Shown piece after piece: positions 1-11,500 of a stretch of 36,614 nucleotides of DNA. Numbering within the stretch: the first letter of the stretch is position 1; each line of letters starts with the position of its first letter. This DNA comes from Nemertoderma westbladi (Eukaryota; Animalia; Xenacoelomorpha), in NCBI GenBank assembly GCA_032718475.1, contig JAUCBJ010002147.1, positions 1 through 36,614 of the forward strand, given 5' to 3'. Position numbers and translations under genes: made by a program. A model generated the notes under the pieces. The model was not told the DNA's origin and ran no database searches. It worked only from the letters and a program-made list of their open reading frames with translations.

Positions 1-612
1 GATATTGGTTATTGGTATCGATATTGGTTATTGATATTGGTTATTGATATTGGTTATTGATATTGGTTATTGGTATTCGATATTGGTTATTGATATTGGT
101 TATTGATGTTGGTTATTGATATTGGTTATTGGTTATTGATATTGGTTATTGGTATCGATATTGGTTATTGATATTGGTTATTGGTATCGATATTGGTTAT
201 TGGTATCGATATTGGTTATAGAGATTGGTTATTGATATTGATTATTGGTTATTGATATTAGTTATTGGTATCGATATTGGTTATAGAGATTGGTTATTGG
301 TTATTGATATTGGTTATTGGTATCGATATTGGTTATTGGTATTGGTTATTGATATTGGTTATTGATATTGGTTATTGATATTGGTTATTGGTATTCGATA
401 TTGGTTATTGATATTGGTTATTGATGTTGGTTATTGATATTGGTTATTGATATTGGTTATTGGTATCGATATTGGTTATTGATATTGGTTATTGGTATCG
501 ATATTGGTTATTGGTATCGATATTGGTTATAGAGATTGGTTATTGATATTGATTATTGGTTATTGATATTAGTTATTGGTATCGATATTGGTTATTGATA
601 TTGATTATTGGT
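1..612. repeat. Modular satellite of 6/7-bp words (GATATT, GGTTATT, GGTATC, GATTATT), dominant 13-bp period GATATTGGTTATT; truncated by window start
   Basis: Direct reading of tandem units; same family as 3240-8211. Confidence 0.95.
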
Positions 613-1062
613 ATAGATTATTGGCATGATACTTTTCTACTGTGAAATTAACTGCAGATTCAAAATAATATAGAAACAGTTTACAAATATGATTTGTAGT
701 TCAAACACAACGGTTTTTTGAAATTTTACGAGATTTAAGGTATATTTTCCTGCAACACTTAGAGAAAATTTGACTTGTAATACTTCTTCTAGTGTTAAAT
801 TAACCGCAGATTCCAAATACAGTAACCGTTTTTACAAATATTTTGTTCTTATGGAGATATTGGGGTTTAAACATAACGTATTTGACATGAATTGAAAATT
901 TAGTTGAAAAATTTGTTATATAAGAATTAATAATTAATTATTGGTAATGTCAACAACTGATATAAACAAAATATATTAAACATACAGTTATATAACATAA
1001 TATCAGTTCAGGTAAATACGCAGTTACATCAGCAATTAATTAAGCAGCACTAATAATAATTG

Positions 1063-1229
1063 TCATTCGATTCTCTTTAACAGTTTTATTAAAATCCCAG
1101 ACAGTTTAGTAGTTTCCGTTGCGGTTCCAAGATCATAACAATAGAGTAGAAACTCATCCCTTGGCAGTGTGTCTGTGTGCGGTAGTAGCTGCATTGTGTA
1201 GAGCTTCTTCAATAATGTCGGAGTCTGTC
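1063..1229 (-). CDS. Possible terminal exon of an unidentified minus-strand gene
   Basis: Strong minus-strand acceptor (ttatttttatttttag|G), GC-richer than flanks, open phase-1 frame (G)QTPTLLKKLYTMQLLPHTDTLPRDEFLLYCYDLGTATETTKLSGILIKLLKRIE*. No homology recognised. Confidence 0.3.
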
Positions 1230-1481
1230 CTAAAAATAAAAATAATAACTATAAGTTTACATATAGATCGTTTATTAGTACAAACAAATACTAATACTAA
1301 TATTGTATTAACTGATATAGTTGAATGTTGAACTGATTTTAATATTTATCACTTAGAAACTGCAATAACTTATCAACTTTAAATAGTTTTATTAAAAGAA
1401 GCAATCCAGAACACAATGCAAAATATAAGTATATGTAGTGAACTAGAATGTAATTAATTCAACTGTGCGGTCCAACTCAAC

Positions 1482-1620
1482 CAGGTTTATTTTCATTCCG
1501 AAGATGAATTCTCTCCATAGCTGCTCTCCTACTAACACAATGAACCGGCCCATAGAGATTCATTGACATCGGGAAATTCAAGGGCCTCATCGGTTGGCCG
1601 TCTCCATATCCCAGTTGATT
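1482..1620 (-). CDS. Possible upstream exon of the same unidentified gene
   Basis: GC-richer open frame ...LGYGDGQPMRPLNFPMSMNLYGPVHCVSRRAAMERIHLRNENKP followed by a phase-1 G|GTTGAG donor compatible with the 1229 acceptor. No clear acceptor or start found. Confidence 0.2.
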
Positions 1621-3239
1621 TATTTGTGTTAAATTGTAAAATAATAATTTGAAGAACAATATTCATATTGTTGTGTATAAAAACATGTGTACCTTTCGTT
1701 CTATTAAGCGAAAATTTATGTTTGATAGCTTATTAGAAAGCTACGTTATTCAGAATTATTAATATGTAAAAAACTCTTTATAACTCTTTAGGGAAGTTAT
1801 TCGTTAATGTGATTTTATATAAAATGGCATTACGACCAGAACGCGTTGTGATTACGTAACTCCGTACGGCCACATTCACTATCAGTTTAGGTGGATAGAA
1901 AGCCAATATATCATTTGGATTTGTAATTTTTCTTATGAAGTAAGTTTGGTGATTGTCTTATAGACTTTTTAATCTACTTTCCAATAACAGAGGCGCGTTA
2001 TTCTAACCAAAACAATAGTGTATGTCTAAAAAATGTATAAAGTGTTTGTCTTTCCGTGAAATTTGGGGTTCTGTTACTGGGTCCGACGGTATTTAATAAT
2101 ATTATTAATAATAAACCTAATAAATAATATAATAGTAATACTTTTAATAATAATTCATTACACTGTTTATTAACACACTATAATTACACATTATTTTACA
2201 ATAGTTATTATTACAAAGCATTTGAATCTCTACGTAACATGTAAGTAATTATTTTCTGAGGTTTGGGATATACTAGGATAGAGGTTCGATCCTCACTGCA
2301 GATTAACTGTTGCTTATGGGAGGTAGTCTTGGGTGCAGCGAGGCAGTAGGTATACCGAGCTTTGTGATCGGTTGACACATAGGTAGAACCAATAGAACGA
2401 TGAATATGACGTTGGTATGGGCTTATTTAAGTATCTCGTGAAAAAGTAAATATACCACGAGACTCGCCATGTTGCATTCAATAAGATGTATATATTTTGA
2501 ATGTAATTTTTGATAGTATTATAGGAGTTTTTTCATAAAAACTAGCTTAAAACACGATATTTTTTGTGAAAAAGCCGTGTTTAGCAAGATAAATTGGTTG
2601 GAACGTCAACAAAGCTTCTGATTCGCTGTTTCTCTGGAGGCAAAGGTAAAATAGCAGAAACCATTGTAGATTTAACATTAAGTGAACGGGAATAATGGTT
2701 CGGCTGATTCACAGAATTTTTGCCTGTACATTATTTCGAAAAGTTGAAGGTTTCATTGCGCGAAAGTGACAGATTCGGGAACTAGATTGAATTTTGCATA
2801 GAAATTTTTTTTTTTAGCTACTCTGGAGAATGTAGTTTTCTATGTTTATTTTGCATTTTAAAGGTATGGCCATAGAAGTAATGGTAGCGTTTGAACGAAT
2901 CAGAGATCTTCGTGGCATAGAGGTAATGACTGAGCGCGGCGTAGAGACCACTAGTGTATTGGGAAAATAATGAAAACTTTGGCGGCCTGTAACTTCGGTT
3001 GACATGGATGAAATTGGCTGATTTTAAGTTCATTAGAATTAGCGTAATTTTATCTTTCTTTTCATACCAAGTACTAATTAAAACGATGAAGAATAACCTT
3101 ATTTGAAATTATAGTTATAATAACATAGTTGATACAATGGATCAAAGGGGGCAGGGGTACGTATGGTAAGTATTTGTTATAGGCCTATGCATTGCGGCTA
3201 AATGCCATGGTATTATTATGTAAATGCTTGTGAAATGAT

Positions 3240-6200
3240 ACTGGTATCGGTATCGGTAAATTGATATCGACATTGATTAGTGATATTGGCATCGATATTG
3301 GTTATTGTAATTGGTTATTGATATTGGTTAGTGGTTATTGATATTGGTTATTGGTATCGATATTGGTTATTGATATTGGTTATTAATATTGGTTATTGGT
3401 TATTGATATTGGTTATTTATATTGGTTATTGATATTGATTATTGGTATCGATATTGGTTATTTATATTGGTTATTGGTATCGATATTGGTTATTTATATT
3501 GGTTATTGATATTGATTATTGGTTATTTATATTGGTTATTGGTATCGATATTGGTTATTGATATTGGTTATTGATATTGGTTATTGATTATTGGTTATTG
3601 ATTTTGGTTATTGGTATCGATATTGGTTATAGAGATTGGTTATTGATATTGATTATTGGTTATTGATATTAGTTATTGGTATCGATATTGGTTATTGATA
3701 TTGGTTATTGATATTGATTATTGGTTATTGATATTGGTTATTGATATTGGTTATTGATACTGGTATCGATATTAAAAAGGTTATTGATATTGGTATAGAT
3801 ATTGGTTATTGATATTGGTTATTGGTATCGATATTGGTTATTGATATTAGAATCGATATTGGTTATTGATATTGATATTGGTTATTGATATTGGTTATTG
3901 GTATCGATATTGGTTATAGAGATTGGTTATTGATATTGATTATTGGTTATTGATATTAGTTATTGGTATCGATATTGGTTATTGATATTGGTTATTGATA
4001 TTGATTATTGGTTAGTGGTTATTGATATTGGTTATTGGTATCGATATTGGTTATTGATATTGGTTATTGATATTGGTTATTGATATTGGTTATTGGTTAT
4101 TGATATTGGTTATTGGTATCGATATTGGTTATAGAGATTGGTTATTGATATTGATTATTGGTTATTGATATTAGTTATTGGTATCGATATTGGTTATTGA
4201 TATTGGTTATTGATATTGATTATTGGTTAGTGGTTATTGATATTGGTTATTGGTATCGATATTGGTTATTGATATTGGTTATTGATATTGGTTATTGATA
4301 TTGGTTATTGGTTATTGGTTATTGATATTGGTTATTGGTATCGATATTGGTTATTGATATTGGTTATTGATATTGGTTATTGGTTATTGGTTATTGATAT
4401 TGGTTATTGGTATCGATATTGGTTATTGGTTATTGATATTGGTTATTGGTATCGATATTGGTTATAGAGATTGGTTATTGATATTGGTTATTGGTTATTG
4501 GTTATTGATATTGGTTATTGGTATCGATATTGGTTATTGGTATTGGTTATTGATATTGGTTATTGGTTATTGGTTATTGATATTGGTTATTGGTATCGAT
4601 ATTGGTTATTGATATTGATATTGGTTATTGGTATCGATATTGGTTATAGAGATTGGTTATGATATTGATTATTGGTTATTGATATTGGTTATTGATATTG
4701 GTTATTGGTATTGGTTAGTGGTTATCGATATTGGTTATTGATATTGGTTATTGGTTATTGATATTGGTTATTGGTATCGATATTGGTTATTGATATTGGT
4801 TATTGATATTGATTATTGGTTAGTGGTTATTGATATTGGTTATTGGTATCGATATCGATATTGGTTATTGGTATCGATATTGGTTATTGGTATCGATATT
4901 GGTTATTGATATTGGTTATTGATATTGATTATTGGTAAGTGGTTATTGATATTGGTTATTGGTATCGATATTGGTTATTGATATTGGTTATTGATATTGG
5001 TTATTGATATTGGTTATTGGATATTGGTTATTGGTATCGATATTGGTTATAGAGATTGGTTATTGATATTGATTATTGGTTATTGATATTGGTTATTGGT
5101 TATCGATATTGGTTATTGATATTAGAATCGATATTGGTTATTGGTATCGATATTAGTTATTGGTATCGATATTGGTTATTGATATTGGTTATTGATATTG
5201 ATTATTGGTTATTGATATTGGTTATTGGCTATTGGTTAGTGGTTATTGATATTGGTTATTGGTTATTGATATTGGTTATTGGTATCGATATTGGTTATTG
5301 ATATTGGTTATTGATATTGGTTATTGATATTGGTTATTGGTTATTAGTTATTGATATTGGTTATTGGTTATCGATATTGGTTATTGGTATCGATATTAGT
5401 TATTGGTATCGATATTGGTTATTGATATTGGTTATTGATATTGGTTATTGATATTGGTTATTGGTTATTGGTTATTGATATTGGTTATTGGTATCGATAT
5501 TGGTTATTGTTATTGGTTATTGATATTGGTTATTGGTTATTGGTTATTGATATTGGTTATTGGTATCGATATTGGTTATTGGTATTGGTTATTGATATTG
5601 GTTATTGGTTATTGGTTATTGATATTGGTTATTGGTATCGATATTGGTTATTGATATTGGTTATTGATATTGGTTATTGGTATCGATATTGGTTATAGAG
5701 ATTGGTTATTGATATTGATTATTGGTTATTGATATTGGTTATTGATATTGGTTATTGGTATTGGTTAGTGGTTATCGATATTGGTTATTGATATTGGTTA
5801 TTGATATTGGTTATTGGTTATTGATATTGGTTATTGGTATCGATATTGGTTATTGGTATTGGTTAGTGGTTATCGATATTGGTTATTGATATTGGTTATT
5901 GATATTGGTTATTGGTATCGATATTGGTTATTGATATTGGTTATTGATATTGATTATTGGTTAGTGGTTATTGATATTGGTTATTGGTATCGATATCGAT
6001 ATTGGTTATTGGTATCGATATTGGTTATTGGTATCGATATTGGTTATTGGTATTGGTTATTGTTATTGGTTATTGGTTATTGATATTGGTTATTGGTATC
6101 GATATTGGTTATTGATATTGGTTATTGATATTGATTATTGGTATCGATATTGGTTATAGAGATTGGTTATTGATATTGATTATTGGTTTTTGATATTGGT

Positions 6201-8211
6201 TATTGATATTGGTTATTGGTTATTGGTATTGGTTAGTGGTTATCGATATTGGTTATTGATATTGGTTATTGATATTGGTTATTGGTTATTGATATTGGTT
6301 ATTGGTATCGATATTGGTTATTGGTATTGGTTAGTGGTTATCGATATTGGTTATTGATATTGGTTATTGGTTATTGATATTGGTTATTGGTAGCGATATT
6401 GGTTATTGATATTGGTTATTGATATTGATATTGATTATTGGTTAGTGGTTATTGATATTGGTTATTGGTATCGATATCGATATTGGTTATTGATATTGAT
6501 TATTGGTTAGTGGTTATTGATATTGGTTATTGGTATCGATATTGGTTATTGATATTGGTATCGATATTAAAAAGGTTATTGATATTGGTATAGATATTGG
6601 TTATTGATATTGGTTATTGGTATCGATATTGGTTATTGATATTGATTATTGGTTATTGATATTGGTTATTGGTATCGATATTGGTTATTGATATTGGTTA
6701 TTGATATTGATTACTGGTTAGTGGTTATTGATATTGGTTATTGGTATCGATATTGGTTATTGATATTGGTTATTGATATTGGTTATTGATATTGGTTATT
6801 GATATTGATTATTGGTTAGTGGTTATTGATATTGGTTATTGGTATCGATATTGGTTATTGATATTGGTTATTGATATTGGTTATTGATATTGGTTATTGG
6901 ATATTGGTTATTGGTATCGATATTGGTTATTGATATTGATTATTGGTTAGTGGTTATTGATATTGGTTATTGGTATCGATATTGGTTATTGATATTGGTA
7001 TAGATATTGGTTATTGATATTGGTTATTGGTATCGATATTGGTTATTGATATTGATTATTGGTTATTGATATTGGTTATTGGTATCGATATTGGTTATTG
7101 ATATTGGTTATTGATATTGGTTATTGATATTGATTATTGGTTAGTGGTTATTGATATTGGTTATTGGTATCGATATTGGTTATTGATATTGGTTATTGAT
7201 ATTGGTTATTGATATTGGTTATTGATATTGGTTATTGATATTGATTATTGGTTAGTGGTTATTGATATTGGTTATTGGTATCGATATTGGTTATTGATAT
7301 TGGTTATTGATATTGGTTATTGATATTGGTTATTGGATATTGGTTATTGGTATCGATATTGGTTATAGAGATTGGTTATTGATATTGATTATTGGTTATT
7401 GATAATGGTTATTGATATTGGTTATTGGTTATCGATATTGGTTATTGGTATCGATATTAGTTATTGGTATCGATATTGGTTATTGATATTGGTTATTGAT
7501 ATTGATTATTGGTTATTGATATTGGTTATTGGTTATTGGTTAGTGGTTATTGATATTGGTTATTGGTATCGATATTGGTTATTGATATTGGTTATTGATA
7601 TTGATTATTGGTTATTGATATTGGTTATTGGTATCGATATTGGTTATAGAGATTGGTTATTGATATTGATTATTGGTTATTGATATTGGTTATTGATATT
7701 GATTATTGGTTAGTGGTTATCGATATTGGTTATTGGTATCGATATTGGTTATAGAGTTTGGTTATTGATATTGATTATTGGTTATTGATATTAGTTATTG
7801 GTATCGATATTGGTTATTGATATTGGTTATTGATATTGATTATTGGTTAGTGGTTATTGATATTGGTTATTGGTATCGATATTGGTTATTGATATTGGTT
7901 ATTGATATTGGTTATTGATATTGGTTATTGGATATTGGTTATTGGTATCGATATTGGTTATAGAGATTGGTTATTGATATTGATTATTGGTTATTGATAT
8001 TGGTTATTGGTTATCGATATTGGTTATTGATATTAGAATCGATATTGGTTATTGGTATCGATATTAGTTATTGGTATCGATATTGGTTATTGATATTGGT
8101 TATTGATATTGATTATTGGTTATTGATATTGGTTATTGGTTATTGGTTAGTGGTTATTGATATTGGTTATTGGTTATTGATATTGGTTATTGGTATCGAT
8201 ATTGGTTATTG
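3240..8211. repeat. About 5-kb modular satellite (GATATTGGTTATT / GGTATCGATATT words)
   Basis: Continuous tandem array, decayed at the left edge and ending abruptly at the LTR on the right. Confidence 0.97.
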
Positions 8212-8474
8212 CGCAAGAACTATGGCACAATCCGGGTATACAGTCCTTCGTTATAAGAAACAAGGAAAGCAAATAAAACGGTACAGCAGTAGTAGTGTAT
8301 ATTAGGTTAAAATAATACAGTCCTTCATTATATAGTTACACTCACGGTACACAGCAATCATGCAGTACAGGAAAGAATCTAAGTCGGCCGGAAGTACCAC
8401 CATCACCAAAGACTAAAGCCACCAGGCAAATATACAGTATATCGCCAGAGTATATTAGAACTACAGTATGGCGC
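8212..8474 (-). repeat. 3' LTR
   Basis: CGCAAGAACT...CAGTATGGCGC, no differences seen versus 13701-13963. Confidence 0.95.
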
Positions 8475-8499
8475 AGTCTTACTTTCATTTCTGTTCTTT
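8475..8499 (-). promoter_or_regulatory. Polypurine tract (plus-strand priming)
   Basis: Minus strand AAAGAACAGAAATGAAAGTAAGACT directly before the 3' LTR. Confidence 0.65.
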
Positions 8500-8511
8500 G
8501 AGTCCTTCAAC

Positions 8512-11500
8512 TTATTTAAGATCATAATCTTGATCACCACGCCACTTCGCCTGAGTCCAACCTGGACACCAGGGATCCAAAGTATCATCTGGCAGGTCCT
8601 GTGAAATGCGATCCTCTTCAGCAGTAGCCACACCAAGTCGATCTGGAGGACGTCTCATACGACATGATTGCCGACGTGGAGGTTGATTGGATGGTGGATG
8701 ACCATTTGCAATAGCAGGGAGTTCATCTTTGGGAGAATGACTCGACTTTTCAGATATAGGATGAATAGCTTCATCTGGGGACTCATCGTCATCTTCAGAG
8801 GAAAGCTGTTGATGAATATCCCAATCTAGAGATTGATTGGCGCTGAAAATCCTTTCTAATGGGACCTCATATTTGCGAAATCCAAAAGAATTCCCATTGA
8901 GCTTTTGGAGTGTAGCAAGACCTTGATGAATATCCATCACTATGTAACGATCTCGAGCATGAGTTTTGGAACCTTCAGACTTGATGAAAACTAAATGACC
9001 TTTCTTTACTGAAGCTGCCTCTGCAGGGGGGGCTCCACGGGCCTTGGATCTGGCGCTGTAACTATGATTGTTGGCCTTTTTGAGATCGAGATTGGATGCT
9101 AAAGAGGGATCATCGAAGGAGAAACGCTCTCCAGAGATCTGGTCTCTGCCGAATAAAATTTCTTTGGCCGAAAGACCATTATGGCGTATGCGGGAATTGA
9201 GAGACTCTACACCGAGGGCAAGTGATAGAGTAGATACCGGACCACCAGATGGATCGAATCGCAATAGTTCACCCTCTAATTCCTGATTTGCTTTCTCGGC
9301 AATTGGATTTTTATTAATATTTTTCACTCTACCAAACTCCAGGAGAATACCATGATTGTTTAATGTGGGGTCATTTTCAAGGGATCTTAAGGAAGGGGAA
9401 CCATCTACACGTACAATAGTAGATTTAAATTTAACTGGAATAGAGCATGTGATTAAAGCATCACGAAGATCGGAAGCACATTCACTGGGAATAACAGCAG
9501 CAACAGTGAAAGCCGACAATACATCTCTAATAACAAGAATCTTCTGTTTACTGCGACAGATAACATCTGCAGCAAGGCGTTGACCAACAATCTTTGGGGA
9601 GGAAGAGGATGTTTCCTCAAATAGTTCACGAGGAACTTTCTTTAAGGAATTGCAGATCTCACAACTATCATTGATGGTGTTGATAGTATTGGCTGAGCCA
9701 ATTGCATAAAAGTAGCGATTGAAAAGCTTAGATGTTTGTGATTTGGAGGGGTGAAGGAAAAGAGTATGCATGGCTGTTAGTAGACCACAAGAAATGTCTT
9801 TGGGAACAACAATGAGTTCCCGGGTAACTAAGAATGGATCCTGACGATGGACAACAACTAAATCGGTGGAATCATTTATTGTTGCTACCCTGAGATATTC
9901 TTTCAAGTCCCGACCACCTTTATCCTTTTTGTTGGGACGAGAACCATTTTTCAAATGGCCATAGGCCTTCCTGAGAATGGGACATGCCTGCTGGGCTGAT
10001 CGCCATGATGATTTATTATAATAAGGCATACGAATTTTACCATGAAGGACATCTCCAATAGATATGGATCTAATAACAGAATCAGCAATATCAGAAACAA
10101 AACTACAAACTTGACATCCTGCGTACCCACATGAAACAGGGTGTCGAGAGTGATAATCACTAATTGTATTGTCAGACCCTTTGATATGAACAAGACTTAC
10201 ATTGAGAGAGCTCAAGATAGTGAGGAAAGTGGATACACGGGCAGATGAAGAAAATTCTCCACGGCAGAGTTTCTTCCAAGCGTCTACACATGGTTGATTA
10301 TCAGTCAGGATTTGTGTTGTGTGAATACTTTCACGAATAAATTGGCTCCAGTGATGAACGGCTGATCCAATTGCCAGGGCCTCAACTTCACAAGGCAACC
10401 ACTTGACATGATGATCGCGTAGTTTGAAGCTGTAAAAGCCACCCAACAGTTTACTGGTGCCACGGGTTATAAAAAGTGTTGCACCTAAAGCTTTGTGCTC
10501 AATTGAGCAAGCAGCATCGACTGAAATGGCTAAGCGATCATTTGGTGTTGGAATTGTGATGGTATTCGGAGAACGCAAAGCATTTTGAATTTTCTGAAAG
10601 GCAGAATGTAATTCAGGTGTCCAGGAAATATGTGCCTGTCCTTTGAGACCTTTAATACTGTCCTCCAGAGGAGACAACAATGAAGAATAACCCTTGATAC
10701 ACCGTGCGATGTCTTGGACAGCTCCAAGAAAAGACTTCATAGCTGTACATGTAGTTGGTGGTGAAACAGCAATGAGGGGAGAAATTTTGTGACTACCAAT
10801 AGATATTGATCCACCTTTCCAAATCCAACCCAATATCGTAGTGGACTTTGGCACTATAACGGTTTTAGGACCCGAAAGTCGAAGATTGTTACGGTCGAGT
10901 TTATCAAGAAGAAGATCCCAATGAATTAAGAGATCATGAATTGTGTCGCCACCTGTATAAAGATCATCAGCTAATTTAATGACAAAGCCGGCTTGTAGAA
11001 GATCTCCAATAACACGGGAAATTAGTTCGTCCAACCACTCAGATGACCCGGGCATTCCCATGGCTGCCCGGGCATATAAGCGAATGCCCTTATAAGGAGT
11101 GGCTGTACCAAGATAAGGCATTGAAGATGGTGCAACTCTTATCTGGAAAAAACTCTTTGTGAGATCACTCTTTATTAGAAACTTAAAGCATGCAAGATGG
11201 CGTAAGACATCATCACACTTAGTGATAGTTGAAGGAATCAACCTTGTGTATTGTGTAATATTATTAAATGCTGTCACAAACCGTTTTCCACCATCGGGTT
11301 TGTTAACTAGGAAGCTGGGAGACACACATTGAGGAATTATTCCAACATCCTCTGGTTTGACTAGGACCCCCAGCGCTTCGAGCTTATCGGCTTCATCTTG
11401 AAGGAGAGATAAATTAGATGAATTGTAAAAAGGGATGCGACCTTTAGTGGGGGGAGGTAATACTGGACCCATATTGATATCAGCCCTAATCCGCCCACTG

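Noticed and set aside
638-880. Diverged direct repeat of about 150 bp (AAATTAACTGCAGATTC / AAATTAACCGCAGATTC)
   Set aside because: Only two decayed copies; probably an old repeat fragment with no further interpretable structure.
2864-2922. Possible 59-bp + strand exon (ttttaaag|GT ATG GCC...GAG|gtaatg)
   Set aside because: Not CUB-like, and its phase-0 end in the open frame is incompatible with phase-1 exon A. Insufficient support.
4282-8305. ORFs rich in ILVIDIGYW
   Set aside because: Translations of the satellite, with no splice or codon evidence.
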